The notes beneath the pieces are model-generated. The model worked only from the letters and a program-made list of their open reading frames with translations, made no database searches and was not told the origin of the DNA. A DNA stretch of 64,000 nucleotides, from positions 170,628 through 234,627 of the forward strand of contig JAIXWW010000012.1 in the NCBI GenBank assembly GCA_027491085.1. The letters run 5' to 3'. This DNA is from Bacteroidota bacterium. Lineage in GTDB: Bacteria; Bacteroidota; Bacteroidia; UKL13-3. The position numbers and the translations under genes are program-made. Positions 8,347-18,806 of the stretch are shown in pieces; the first letter of the stretch is position 1, and each line of letters starts with the position of its first letter.

Positions 8347-9072
8347 TTAAGCTTGATTCATTCTAGCAAATGCTTGTTTTAACTCATCAGGAGTTGCTTT
8401 GCTCATCATTTCGCTAAAACCAAAAGTTAAGGTAGTTTTTCCTTCTTTTAATTGCTCAAAAATGGATTCAATAAAAGCACTTACGGGTGGCGCTTGGTCA
8501 TGTATACCTTTTCCACCTAAATCGGTATTTAAAGCAGGCGGAATTATTTCAATTACTTCAATATTTTTAGCTTTTAATAACTCAGCTAACGATAAAGTTA
8601 ACGAATGAAAAAACGCTTTGGTAGCTGAATAAACTGGAGTTTTGGTTAATGGCACAAACGATAAACCCGAAGTAACATTCATAATGGTGTTTAAACTTTC
8701 CATATTCATAAACAAAGTAGTTAAATGAATAGGTGCTTCAATATTGGTAGTTATTTCTATTTTGGCGCGTTGGTAAAAGTCTTCATCAGTTATATTCATC
8801 CAATTTTGAATACCTGCATTATTAACCAACACATTCAAATCATTATGATTGGTTTGAATCCAATTAAACAATTCTATTCTATCATTTTCATTGTTTAAAT
8901 CGCATTGTTTGGTAATTAATGCTGGAAACTTGGCTTGGGCTTCATTCAATGTTTCTTGCCTTCTACCACAAATTATTACTGTATTTTCATCGTTTAAAAA
9001 ACGTTCGGCTAAACCTAGGCCAATGCCTGTGGCACCGCCTGTTATGAGTATTTTATTATTACTTAAATTCAT
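8347..9072 (-). CDS. SDR-family oxidoreductase
   Basis: TGGATGIG Rossmann motif, NNAG, catalytic YSATK. Confidence 0.85.
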   Translation of the reverse strand: MNLSNNKILITGGATGIGLGLAERFLNDENTVIICGRRQETLNEAQAKFPALITKQCDLNNENDRIELFNWIQTNHNDLNVLVNNAGIQNWMNITDEDFYQRAKIEITTNIEAPIHLTTLFMNMESLNTIMNVTSGLSFVPLTKTPVYSATKAFFHSLTLSLAELLKAKNIEVIEIIPPALNTDLGGKGIHDQAPPVSAFIESIFEQLKEGKTTLTFGFSEMMSKATPDELKQAFARMNQA

Positions 9073-9092
9073 ATTTTTTATTGGTAAAAAAA

Positions 9093-9112
9093 AGACGCAA
9101 TAAATTGCGTCT
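9093..9112 (-). terminator. rho-independent terminator after kdsA
   Basis: agacgcaa-taaa-ttgcgtct, 8-bp stem. The A-run at 9086-9092 gives a U-tract on the minus strand. Confidence 0.7.
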
Positions 9113-9157
9113 TTCTATTTAATTGTTGTTTTATAAAAGTTCTATTTTCAATTAGAA

Positions 9158-9988
9158 TTATCTGTAGCTAACTTCTAAATTATGGATTTCAATTAATGGT
9201 TTTAAAAACTCTTCTAATTGATAAACACTTAATTGAGAAGCTGCATCGCATAAAGCTTTTTCTGGTTCTGGATGTGTTTCAATAAATACACCATCAACTC
9301 CAGCAGCAACTCCAGCTCTGCTTAAAACAGGCAAAAACTCACGAGCTCCACCTTTTGCATCAGCACTTGGAATACCATATTTTCGGATTGAATGGGTAAT
9401 ATCAAATACCACAGGATAACCAATTTGTCCCATTAAAAAGAAACTTCTTGGATCAACTACCATATCGTTATAACCAAATGTGTAACCACGCTCAGTTAAA
9501 ATTACTTGGTCGTTTCCAGCATCAATGCATTTTTGAACTGGATGTTTCATGTTTTCTGGAGCCAAAAACTGACCATGTTTGATATTGATTACACGACCCG
9601 TTTTAGCAGCAGCCACCATCAAAGTAGATTGCATACATAAATAAGCTGGAATTTGTAACACATCGCACACTTCGCCAGCCGCAGCTGCTTGATCAGGATA
9701 ATGAATATCGGTTAACAAAGGAAAACCAAATTGCTCTTTAACTTTAGCCAAAATAGCTACACCTTTTGCCAATCCTGGACCATCGTAATATTTTAAACTA
9801 CTGCGGTTATCTTTTTGAAACGATGATTTGTAAATCATCTTAATTTTTAACTTTTCCGAAACTTCTTTCAATTTTTCGGCAGTTTTCATCATTATTGACT
9901 CATCTTCAATAACACAAGGGCCTGAGATTAAGAATAACTCATTGCTTCCGCATGCTATATCGCCAACATTTACTATTTTTTTTGTCAT
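9158..9988 (-). CDS. kdsA: 3-deoxy-8-phosphooctulonate (KDO8P) synthase
   Basis: Start at MTKKIVNVGD (cat 9986-9988). LISGPCVIE, FKSSFQKDNRSS, DVLQIPAYLCMQS and FDITHS motifs characteristic of KdsA. Confidence 0.92.
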   Translation of the reverse strand: MTKKIVNVGDIACGSNELFLISGPCVIEDESIMMKTAEKLKEVSEKLKIKMIYKSSFQKDNRSSLKYYDGPGLAKGVAILAKVKEQFGFPLLTDIHYPDQAAAAGEVCDVLQIPAYLCMQSTLMVAAAKTGRVINIKHGQFLAPENMKHPVQKCIDAGNDQVILTERGYTFGYNDMVVDPRSFFLMGQIGYPVVFDITHSIRKYGIPSADAKGGAREFLPVLSRAGVAAGVDGVFIETHPEPEKALCDAASQLSVYQLEEFLKPLIEIHNLEVSYR

Positions 9989-10062
9989 TGTATTAATTTT
10001 ATAAAAATAACTCAAAAACCATACTTAATTATACAGTATGTCATTGTGTCTTTTGGTAATTA

Positions 10063-12087
10063 TTAGTCGGCTTTAGGCGTTTGATTTTTTAAAGTTCTAA
10101 TGGTTTTTATTTTATCTTCTAGCTCTTTAATCATACGTTTTGCAGCAGCAATTTTATCATTGATTTGAATTACCATTTCGTTTTTAGCATTGGTATTTTT
10201 AAAGAAACCGAGGTTATTATCCCATGTATCAATATCGGTTTTTAAACCTTTAATACGTTCTTGTAAAATGCGCTCTTCACGCTGTAAACGTTGGCCACCA
10301 TCATTGTTATTAGCTAACGATTCAAAATGTGCTCTATCATCGGCTTGGCGCATGTTTTTGCGTAACTCGCGGTGACGACCATAAATTTTATCCAATAAAT
10401 CATTGTATGCTTTGCTAATAGCATCTTTGTCTTTATTTGGTACAAATCCAATTTTGCTCCAAGCATCTTGAATGGTTTTTAGCTCATTTAATGCATTAGG
10501 ATTTTCAGCCTCATTGGCAGCCATTGCTTCTAATTGCGTAATCAATTCTTTTTTAGCAATTAAATTTCCTCCTTGCTCCGCATTTTGCTCCGCAAAACGT
10601 TCTGCTTTCTTTTCAAAAAACAAATCGCAAGCAGTTCTAAATTTCTTCCAAATTTCATCGTTAAATTTATCAGGAACTGGACCAACTTGTTTCCATTGTT
10701 CTTGTAAATTTTTAATGGTAGCAGTTTGTTTACCCCAATCAATTGGCGCAGCAGCAATATTTTCTGCTTCTTTTACCAACTCTTGTTTTTTCTTTAAATT
10801 TTCGTTTCTAACCGCGTTAAACGATTTGAACCAATTGTTTTTATTGTTAAAGAAAGTATTGCGAATATCTTTAAATTCTTCCCAAACTTTTTCTCTTTCC
10901 GCCATTGGCACGTAACCAATTTTTTTCCACTCTTCCATTAATTCATTGGCTTCTTTGGTTTTTTCCATCCAATCTTTAATACGAGTAGTAGCATAAGTAG
11001 CCAACTCTTTCGATTTTTCAATCAAAGCCAATTTCAATACTAAGTTAGCTTGACGAACAGCTTCATTTTTTTCTGTTTCGGCTTTAATACCAGCATATAT
11101 TTTATCTACTTCAGCTTTAAAACGAGTCCAAATTTCTTCGTTGGCTTCTTTAGGAACTGGGCCAATATTTCTCCAATCTTCTTGGTATTTTTTAACTGCA
11201 ATCAAAGCCGATTTAATGCTTTTTTCTTCAGCTAATTCGCTTACTTTTTTGCATAAATCTATTTTAGCATCTAAGTTACGTTCTCTGTCTAATTGCGCAA
11301 TTTCATTATCTATACTTAATTTATCATAAAAAATTTCGTTAAGTACTCTATAACTTTCCCAAAGGCGTTCTACGTGTTCTTTTGGAACATTCTTAATTTT
11401 TTTCCATTCAGTTTGTAACTCTTTTAATTTAGTCAAACTTTCTTTGGTTTCTTCACTGCTATTTAAAGCCTTAATTTGGTCTAAAATATTTTCTTTAGCA
11501 CGTAAATTTTTAACGCGTTCAGCCTCTGCTATAGCTTTAGCAGCTGATATTTTATCGCGTAAATCTTTGATAGCTTTATTAAATGTATCGCGGGCAGTTA
11601 CACCGGCTTTGTATTCAAAATCGTCTTTTTCGCCACCTTCTTCAATAAACTTTTGCATAGCTGCATTTTGTTCTTCGTTTAAAGCAGCGTCAAAGTGTGG
11701 TTTTATATCTTTAAAAATTTGCAAAGCTTCACTGTGAGGCTTGTCGCTCATAGCTTGTAAAGCTATAGTAAGTAACTCGTCTTTGGTTTTGTTTGCATAA
11801 TCTAATTGCTCAGCACTTTCATGGTGTTCAATTGCAGCTAAATCAGCATCTATTTCATGCTCATCAAGCGCTATTTCAATTGAATCAGTTACTAAACTTT
11901 CAATAGTTTCCGGCTTTTTTTCTGTGTTATCTTCTTCAACAATAGTTGGCTCAACACTTGCTGTAGGCTCAGCAACAGTACTTTCACTTACTACACTTTC
12001 AGTCGTAGTATTTTCTACATTAGTTAACTCAGTAGCTTCTGCATTTAATGCAGCTTCAGAAGGATTCACTTCGTTTAATTCAGTCAT
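10063..12087 (-). CDS. DUF349 domain-containing protein (acidic N-terminus, repeated helical W-x-x-IG-x-VP units)
   Basis: 674 aa with about five repeats of the form EW+KIG.VP+....W..F, the DUF349 repeat signature. Confidence 0.8.
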   Translation of the reverse strand: MTELNEVNPSEAALNAEATELTNVENTTTESVVSESTVAEPTASVEPTIVEEDNTEKKPETIESLVTDSIEIALDEHEIDADLAAIEHHESAEQLDYANKTKDELLTIALQAMSDKPHSEALQIFKDIKPHFDAALNEEQNAAMQKFIEEGGEKDDFEYKAGVTARDTFNKAIKDLRDKISAAKAIAEAERVKNLRAKENILDQIKALNSSEETKESLTKLKELQTEWKKIKNVPKEHVERLWESYRVLNEIFYDKLSIDNEIAQLDRERNLDAKIDLCKKVSELAEEKSIKSALIAVKKYQEDWRNIGPVPKEANEEIWTRFKAEVDKIYAGIKAETEKNEAVRQANLVLKLALIEKSKELATYATTRIKDWMEKTKEANELMEEWKKIGYVPMAEREKVWEEFKDIRNTFFNNKNNWFKSFNAVRNENLKKKQELVKEAENIAAAPIDWGKQTATIKNLQEQWKQVGPVPDKFNDEIWKKFRTACDLFFEKKAERFAEQNAEQGGNLIAKKELITQLEAMAANEAENPNALNELKTIQDAWSKIGFVPNKDKDAISKAYNDLLDKIYGRHRELRKNMRQADDRAHFESLANNNDGGQRLQREERILQERIKGLKTDIDTWDNNLGFFKNTNAKNEMVIQINDKIAAAKRMIKELEDKIKTIRTLKNQTPKAD

Positions 12088-12292
12088 TTTAAAAAATAAA
12101 TAAAAATAGGTTGTACATTCTTTTTTGGAAGGGCGAATTTAAATTATTTATTGAAAAACCAAGTTAATAAAATTAATACTTAATAATTTGACTTTCTTAA
12201 TATTACAAAACATTAACAAAATTACAATGAAAAGGATTTTAGTAAATATTTGTGTTTTTTTGCTTTATTTCGAAACATTAAATAAAATAAAA

Positions 12293-12661
12293 ATGAAAAT
12301 ACGTATCAAAGGCAATTCTATTCGCATTCGTTTAACACAAACCGAAGTGAAAAACTTTGCTGATATTGGATATATTGAGGAAGCTACTGAATTTATAGAC
12401 AATAAACTTTATTATGCATTGGCGGCTTCTCCGGATGTTAGCGAACTTTCAGCACAAATGGTTGGTAATAAAATTACATTGTTGGTTCCTGAAAATATTG
12501 CTCAAAACTGGATTACAACTGACTTAGTTGGTTTTGAAAATAAGTTTGATATTGGTGGTGGTAAAAAGCTATTTCTTTTAGTAGAAAAAGATTTTGTTTG
12601 CCTAGATAATACTTTCGAAGACCAAAACGATATGTTTCCAAATCCTAATGCTGTGTGTTAA
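12293..12661 (+). CDS. conserved hypothetical protein (DUF7009-like)
   Basis: Start moved to the ATG at 12293 (MKIRIKGNSIRIRLTQTEV...). The family assignment is from memory of similar Bacteroidota proteins and is not verified. Confidence 0.55.
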   Translation: MKIRIKGNSIRIRLTQTEVKNFADIGYIEEATEFIDNKLYYALAASPDVSELSAQMVGNKITLLVPENIAQNWITTDLVGFENKFDIGGGKKLFLLVEKDFVCLDNTFEDQNDMFPNPNAVC

Positions 12662-12673
12662 TTGAATGAAAAT

Positions 12674-12743
12674 AGCTTCTAGCAACTAGCCGCTAGCAAC
12701 TAGCGAATCAATAATAAAACAATTTAGCAATAATTAGCAATAA
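12674..12743 (+). repeat. two short tandem duplications in the ydeP-like leader: ctagcaactagc[c/g] x2 and ttagcaataa x2
   Basis: 12679-12705 agcaactagccgctagcaactagcg. 12724-12743 ttagcaataattagcaataa, ending 3 nt before the ATG at 12747. Confidence 0.7.
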
Positions 12744-12746
12744 ACA

Positions 12747-15047
12747 ATGAACCAACTTCCCAATCCTGAAAATCCAGAAGAGTTTTTAGATATAAAACTT
12801 ACCGAGCCAAAGGAAACTGCCGCAGGTATTCCCGCTGTTATTTCTTCGGTTAAACATGTGTTTAGCGAAATGGGACCTATTCGTGGTTTTAAAGCTTTGG
12901 CTAAATTGAATCAAAAAGATGGTTTTGATTGCCCGGGTTGTGCATGGCCTGACCCTGATGATGAACGTTCGCCCATTGCTGAATATTGTGAAAATGGTGC
13001 AAAAGCCATTGCCGAAGAGGCTACCACCAAAGCTTTGTGGGCTGATTTTTTTGCAAAAAATTCGGTAGCTGAGCTTTCGCAATTAGATGATTTTAGAATA
13101 GGTAAAAAAGGCCGTGTGGCGGAACCTATGTATTTGTCAAAAGGAGCTACTCACTATGAGCCAGTAAGTTGGGAAAATGCCTTTAAATTGATTGCTAAAA
13201 ACTTAAATGAGTTGCCATCACCAAACGATGCGATTTTTTATACATCAGGCAGAACTAGTAACGAGGCAGCATTTTTATACCAACTTTTTGTAAGAGAATT
13301 TGGAACCAATAACCTTCCTGATTGCAGTAACATGTGCCATGAAAGCAGTGGTGTAGCACTTTCAGAAAGTGTAGGTATTGGAAAAGGCTCCGTTACTTTA
13401 GAAGATTTTTATGAAGCAGAAGTCATAATTATATTAGGTCAAAATCCTGGTACTAACCATCCGCGAATGCTGAGCGCTTTGCAAAAAGCAAAACAAAATG
13501 GATGTACCATTATTTCGGTAAATCCTTTAAAAGAAACAGGCTTGGTTGGTTTTAATAATCCACAAAAAGTAAATGGTGTTTTAGGTATAAAATCGCAACT
13601 AACTGATATATTTTTACAAGTTAAAATAAACAGCGATTTAGCACTGGTAAAAGCTCTTGAAATATTACTTTTTGAAGAAGAAGCAAAAAATCCAGGAACC
13701 GTATTTGACCATGATTTTATTAATAACAATACCTTTGGTTTTGAACAATTAAAGGCTGATATGGATAATTATTCTTTACTTGATTTAAGTAAAGCTTGCG
13801 GTATTTCATTAACGCAAATACAAGAAACTTTTGAAGCCATTAAACATAAAAAGAAAATAATTGCTTGTTGGGCAATGGGCTTAACACAACATAAAAATGC
13901 GGTTGATACCATAAAAGAAGTAGTAAATTTATTGTTACTAAAAGGAAGTATTAGTAAACCTGGTGCAGGAACATGCCCTGTGCGTGGACATAGTAATGTA
14001 CAAGGCGACAGAACCATGGGAATTTACGAAAAACCAAGTAAAGCATTTATCGATAAACTGAATAATGTGTTTAACATCAATGCACCTTATGAACATGGAC
14101 TTGACGTAGTAGATGCTATTAAAAAAATGCATGAAGAAAAAGGCAAAGTTTTTATCGCTATGGGTGGTAATTTCTTATCGGCTACACCAGATACAAAATT
14201 TACAGCACAAGCTTTACAAAACTGTAAACTAACAGTTCATATAAGCACCAAATTAAACAGGAGCCACTTAATTACCGGAGAAGAAGCACTTATTTTACCA
14301 ACTTATGGACGAAGCGATAAAGACATAAATGCCAATGGAGAAGAGCAATTTATTAGTTGTGAAAATTCAATGGGTGTAGTACAAATGAGTAAAGGCAATT
14401 TAAAACCAGTAAGTCAACATTTGTTAAGCGAAAGTGTAATGGTTTGCCAAATGGCAAAGGCTACTTTAGGCAATAAAACCAAAATAGATTGGAGCAAATA
14501 CGAATCCAATTATGATTATATTAGAACCGATATAGAACGTTCTATAAACGGCTTTACTGATTACAATAAGCGTGTAAGGGAGCCAGGAGGATTTTATTTA
14601 CCCAATGGCTCAAGAGAGGGTAAATTTAACACCTCTACTCAAAAAGCTAACTTTAATGTTGGAAAACTAACTTTAAACCAATTGGCAGATGATGAATTGA
14701 TGATGATGACTATCAGGACACATGATCAGTTTAATACCACCATTTATGGTTTAGACGACCGTTACAGAGGAATTTACAACGAACGCAGGGTAATTTTAAT
14801 GAATGAAAGCGACATCAAAAAATTAGGCTTTGAACATAGAGATTCGGTAGATATTTATAATTACCACGATAATATAGAACGTGTTGCGCATAATTTTATG
14901 ATTATTAAATACAATATTCCGGAGCAATGCACTGCTACTTATTTTCCTGAAACAAATGTATTGGTTCCTATTAGTTCTGTGGCAGATAAAAGCAATACAC
15001 CTACCAGTAAATATGTAGTTATTAAATTAGTGAAAAACACAAAATAA
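12747..15047 (+). CDS. FdhF/YdeP-family molybdopterin oxidoreductase
   Basis: 766 aa. N-terminal Cys cluster (DCPGCAWPD...YCENG), molybdopterin-oxidoreductase core (CSNMCHESSG, GQNPGTNHPR) and YdeP-like length and ends. Confidence 0.88.
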   Translation: MNQLPNPENPEEFLDIKLTEPKETAAGIPAVISSVKHVFSEMGPIRGFKALAKLNQKDGFDCPGCAWPDPDDERSPIAEYCENGAKAIAEEATTKALWADFFAKNSVAELSQLDDFRIGKKGRVAEPMYLSKGATHYEPVSWENAFKLIAKNLNELPSPNDAIFYTSGRTSNEAAFLYQLFVREFGTNNLPDCSNMCHESSGVALSESVGIGKGSVTLEDFYEAEVIIILGQNPGTNHPRMLSALQKAKQNGCTIISVNPLKETGLVGFNNPQKVNGVLGIKSQLTDIFLQVKINSDLALVKALEILLFEEEAKNPGTVFDHDFINNNTFGFEQLKADMDNYSLLDLSKACGISLTQIQETFEAIKHKKKIIACWAMGLTQHKNAVDTIKEVVNLLLLKGSISKPGAGTCPVRGHSNVQGDRTMGIYEKPSKAFIDKLNNVFNINAPYEHGLDVVDAIKKMHEEKGKVFIAMGGNFLSATPDTKFTAQALQNCKLTVHISTKLNRSHLITGEEALILPTYGRSDKDINANGEEQFISCENSMGVVQMSKGNLKPVSQHLLSESVMVCQMAKATLGNKTKIDWSKYESNYDYIRTDIERSINGFTDYNKRVREPGGFYLPNGSREGKFNTSTQKANFNVGKLTLNQLADDELMMMTIRTHDQFNTTIYGLDDRYRGIYNERRVILMNESDIKKLGFEHRDSVDIYNYHDNIERVAHNFMIIKYNIPEQCTATYFPETNVLVPISSVADKSNTPTSKYVVIKLVKNTK

Positions 15048-15048
15048 A

Positions 15049-15084
15049 AAGGTGGGAAATTAAAAACTTCCCACCTTTCTTTTT
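15049..15084. terminator. bidirectional rho-independent terminator between convergent genes
   Basis: aggtgggaa-N9-ttcccacct followed by ttctttttt and preceded by an A-run. Confidence 0.75.
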
Positions 15085-15100
15085 TAAGTAATACCTTACT

Positions 15101-18100
15101 TTATTTTACAATTTTAACAGTCCTATTTGCACCGTTATTATTGGTAATTTTAACAAAATAAACACCACTAACTAAATTTTCAATATTGATTTTTTGGCTT
15201 TCACTTTTCATATCAATATTAAAATATTCCTTACCTGAAATATCAGAAATTTGTATTTTACTATTTACAAATTTAGAATTTACAAATTCAACATTAATAT
15301 AATCCTTTGCTGGATTTGGATATACCATTACATCAGAACCATCTGAAATATTTTCAAAAGTTGATGTATAAGCTTTGTCGGTAAAAATTATTTCCAATCT
15401 TCCATCTTGAGTAGAAGCCTTTGAAGTATCAATTTTAAATGTGTAAGTATGTATATCTCTTAGGTTAGTAACTGTATTTTTATAATTATCTCTTAGGTAA
15501 ATTTTAACATTTGCATCAAAATCTTCAGTTTGATTAAATTCCATTTTGTAACTTCCTGGAGTAGAAACCCAAGCAGCCAATTTAACAACCTTATTCGTTA
15601 AACTATTTAAACTTAAATAATTAACCATTGAATAAACTCCATTACCAAAAGAAGATGCTACATTAACATTTTCATTTACAAACTTTGTAACATCTTCACC
15701 ATCAATAAATTCATCATTTTTTCCTTCATAAAATCTGATAACCGTTTCATCGTTTTCCATTGAATCTTTAAATAATTTTATTCTTAAAGTATTTAATTCA
15801 TCACCTGTTTTAAGCAAAATTGGTGAAGTATTACTTACCTTAACTGATTCAGTTAATGATAATACTGGGTTAGCTGCAGTTGCCTTTACGAAGAAGGATT
15901 GACCACTCGGGATATATCTATTTATAGAATTAACACCTGTTAAACCATCATAAGACCCATAAACATTTAAATTAGGGGTATAAATATAGAAAGTTCCAGA
16001 GACAGCTGTTTTAGTCCATCCCGAAGCATTCCAATCAATATTTGAAGGATATGGATTTCCTACTAGATTCCAACCATCATTTGCAGTACCATTATTTGAA
16101 GTAAAAGTTACAGGTAGATTTACAGTTCCAGCATTTACAGTATTACTAATTGTACCTGTTTGGTTCAATGTAAATAATGCTTGATCTTGAGAATTTGCAG
16201 TTGAACCAATAGCTAAGGTATCAGTTGAATAATTACCTGTGATTGGACCTCTGATAAAAACTCTGTAACCAACTCCGGGTGTTAATGAAGCTGATGTATT
16301 TAAACCTAAATCTGCCCAACCTACATTTAAATCGCCTGCAGTTGATTCAACATATCTTCTAACTGAAGAAGTGGTAGTAGGGATACCAAGTAAGTTTGAT
16401 CTTGTTGTTGCAAAACCATTCGAATTAGCAGAACCAATTGTTGCGCCTGATGTACCGGGTCCTGTAATGTAAAACTGGCTACCCCAATTTGCTAATGTTT
16501 GTCCCACAACAGGTGTACTTAAAAAACGCCATTTTCTTCCTGCACCTGAAATATATCTTTCAGCAGTTACATTACCACTTATAACACCACCAGTTGAATT
16601 ACCAATACTTGCAGTACCATTAACATTTGATTTTAAAACTAAAAATCCTCCTGTATTTAATGTGCCATTTGATACAGTAACTACTCCTGCATTTGTTCCT
16701 CCAGTAATGTTTAACGTATTCCCAAGTGTAACAGAACCAGAAGATGTTCTATTTACAGTAAAATTTCTTAAAACATTGGTGGTACCTAAAGTTGTTTGAT
16801 CAAATCTAATGGTTCCAAATGCACCTGTTCCTAATATTGAAATAGAAGAAGCAGAATCACCTCTTATAAATCCACTACCTGTAATTGTAGAATTAACTGA
16901 TGCTTTCCCTAATGTTAATGTAAATCCATTTAAATTCAAAATATCAGTTGATGAAGTTAACGAAATGGCATTGCCACCATTTGGACCTTCACAAAGTAAA
17001 TTGTTTAGCATACGAACGCTACCAGAAGATTTTGTAACAACAATATAGTCGATATTAAAAGTTCCTGTACCACTTATATCTTGAACACCAGTACCTGTAA
17101 AAAAGACCGCTCGTGTATTGGCATTAAAAGTTCCATTATCAATTAAACTACCTGTAACTTCTAAATCTCCACCTGAGTTTGATGATAAATTTGTTATTCC
17201 AGTAGCGCTATTAGTGAAATCGGTACATTTAATCCTTTCTGTTGAAGTTGAAACTGTAACAGTTCCATTGTTGATAATATTTCCTAAAACTGTTAATCCA
17301 ATGCTAAATGAAACGCTAGTTAAACTTTCCATACTCAAAGTACTTCCATTATCAACGGTTAAGTTTCCACTAATTTGTCTTTGTACATCAGCATTATTTC
17401 TAATATTTAATGTGGTATTATTTGAAATTTGAACATTAACAGGGTAACCTGCTCCAGTAGTTGCACTCCATTCATTGCCCCTTCCATAACTAGAACCTGA
17501 ATTATACTTTAATAAAGATAAAGAACCATAAGTTGGAGCTATATTTGAAAAACCACCTGAATTTATTTGTAAAGTCCCATTTACAATTAAACCTCCTGTT
17601 CCAGGAGTAGTGATACCTCCAGCTGTTTGCAAAGTACTGCCATTATTAACAGTTAATGTGGCTCCGTTTGCAATGGCTACTCCACTGGTAATAATATCTT
17701 GATTCAAGGAAATGTTATGATTTATTGCAATAGCACCAATATTAGTTCCTGCAGATGGAGCTACTCCTCCAACCCAACTTGAACCTGCACTAAATGTAGT
17801 TGCACCAGTTTGAGTTGTCCATGGTTGTATGGTATAACTAGCATAGGCTGCACTGGTATTTTGTGCAGTTGCGTTTCGCATATTCAATGTTAAAAGTGGA
17901 ATATTAGCAAAAGTAGGTGCTGTACTTGAAGTAGAAGTAAAAGCATAATAAGTAACGGTTCCACTAATTTGAGCTGGAATTGTAGCATTTCCAACAAAAC
18001 TACCATTTAAGGCTCCAACAGCTACACAGCCTGAATTACCGGATGTTGCAAAAGCATCAGTAGACCAAGCAACATATAAATATTCTGAACTATTTAATGC

Positions 18101-18619
18101 GCCACTCATGGTAACTGAAACTGTTGCTGTTTGTCCTCCATAAATATTTGATGGAACAGAAACAGCAGTAATGTTTTGAGGCAAAAAGGCTGTTTCCAAA
18201 ATAGCCATATTTTGACTAGCATAACTAGTACCTTTTCTGATATTAAAAGTGTAATATGAACTTGAAACTGTGGCTCCCATTTTGATGGTACCATTGTAAC
18301 CACCAGTTCCCCAAACAGCAGTTGAAACGGTATTGTAAGTTGGTGTATTTAAATTCCAAACATTAAAATAACCATCTGCATTAAATTGATAAAACTTTGT
18401 GCCAGATGATGTAGTTGCATTTGCCTGCTCTCTATAGGTAAAAACTGTATTATTTGAACCAACTCCAACTGTTGTCATAGCGTTATTACCATATGAACCA
18501 TCACAATCGGTATTATTAGACATGGAACCAGGCTGAGCAAAAGAGCACAAGCTAAAAAGTGTAAAAAGGGCACATAAAATTGTTTTTAAACTGAATTTTG
18601 ATTGTAAATTAAATTCCAT
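15101..18619 (-). CDS. large secreted surface protein with T9SS type A C-terminal sorting domain and beta-helix-like G/T/N-rich repeats
   Basis: 1172 aa. N-terminal signal peptide. C-terminus VYPNPAKDYINVEF...LVSGVYFVKITNNNGANRTVKIVK matches the Por/T9SS CTD pattern. The middle is rich in NxGTLxxxG-type repeats. Confidence 0.85.
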   Translation of the reverse strand: MEFNLQSKFSLKTILCALFTLFSLCSFAQPGSMSNNTDCDGSYGNNAMTTVGVGSNNTVFTYREQANATTSSGTKFYQFNADGYFNVWNLNTPTYNTVSTAVWGTGGYNGTIKMGATVSSSYYTFNIRKGTSYASQNMAILETAFLPQNITAVSVPSNIYGGQTATVSVTMSGALNSSEYLYVAWSTDAFATSGNSGCVAVGALNGSFVGNATIPAQISGTVTYYAFTSTSSTAPTFANIPLLTLNMRNATAQNTSAAYASYTIQPWTTQTGATTFSAGSSWVGGVAPSAGTNIGAIAINHNISLNQDIITSGVAIANGATLTVNNGSTLQTAGGITTPGTGGLIVNGTLQINSGGFSNIAPTYGSLSLLKYNSGSSYGRGNEWSATTGAGYPVNVQISNNTTLNIRNNADVQRQISGNLTVDNGSTLSMESLTSVSFSIGLTVLGNIINNGTVTVSTSTERIKCTDFTNSATGITNLSSNSGGDLEVTGSLIDNGTFNANTRAVFFTGTGVQDISGTGTFNIDYIVVTKSSGSVRMLNNLLCEGPNGGNAISLTSSTDILNLNGFTLTLGKASVNSTITGSGFIRGDSASSISILGTGAFGTIRFDQTTLGTTNVLRNFTVNRTSSGSVTLGNTLNITGGTNAGVVTVSNGTLNTGGFLVLKSNVNGTASIGNSTGGVISGNVTAERYISGAGRKWRFLSTPVVGQTLANWGSQFYITGPGTSGATIGSANSNGFATTRSNLLGIPTTTSSVRRYVESTAGDLNVGWADLGLNTSASLTPGVGYRVFIRGPITGNYSTDTLAIGSTANSQDQALFTLNQTGTISNTVNAGTVNLPVTFTSNNGTANDGWNLVGNPYPSNIDWNASGWTKTAVSGTFYIYTPNLNVYGSYDGLTGVNSINRYIPSGQSFFVKATAANPVLSLTESVKVSNTSPILLKTGDELNTLRIKLFKDSMENDETVIRFYEGKNDEFIDGEDVTKFVNENVNVASSFGNGVYSMVNYLSLNSLTNKVVKLAAWVSTPGSYKMEFNQTEDFDANVKIYLRDNYKNTVTNLRDIHTYTFKIDTSKASTQDGRLEIIFTDKAYTSTFENISDGSDVMVYPNPAKDYINVEFVNSKFVNSKIQISDISGKEYFNIDMKSESQKINIENLVSGVYFVKITNNNGANRTVKIVK

Positions 18620-18806
18620 AATTTTTATATTTTTTTACAATTTTATGAAAAAAAAACACTTTACCCAATTAATATTCATCAATTTACAAATTAAATTATA
18701 ACATAAAAATACCTGAATAATAAAATTACTTAAAAAATTCAATGTTTACTGAACATTAAGGTTTAATTGCTTTTGTTATTTTAATCATACAGTTTAAATT
18801 ATTTGT

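Noticed and set aside
10190-11737. Several ORFs on both strands (61-147 aa) within the DUF349 gene
   Set aside because: Shadow frames of a K/E-rich repetitive gene. They have no independent start context or domains.
12188-12292. Upstream extensions of ORF-track models (also 1403-1444, 5812 gene to 6486, 9989-10015, 23312-23338, 25057-25113, 25993-26001, 36451-36462, 38868-38885, 40817-40864, 45545-45607, 46939-47115, 51209-51250)
   Set aside because: In each case an internal ATG yields a proper signal peptide or the conserved N-terminus of the family. The longer versions add implausible leader sequence or use TTG in AT-rich intergenic DNA.
16809-18303. ORFs antisense or out of frame in the T9SS surface protein gene; likewise 32080-36011 within tamB, 13439-14132 within the ydeP-like gene and 60797-61105 within the thiolase gene
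   Set aside because: All are fully contained in longer ORFs with clear homology-type motifs. Their composition mirrors the host frame.
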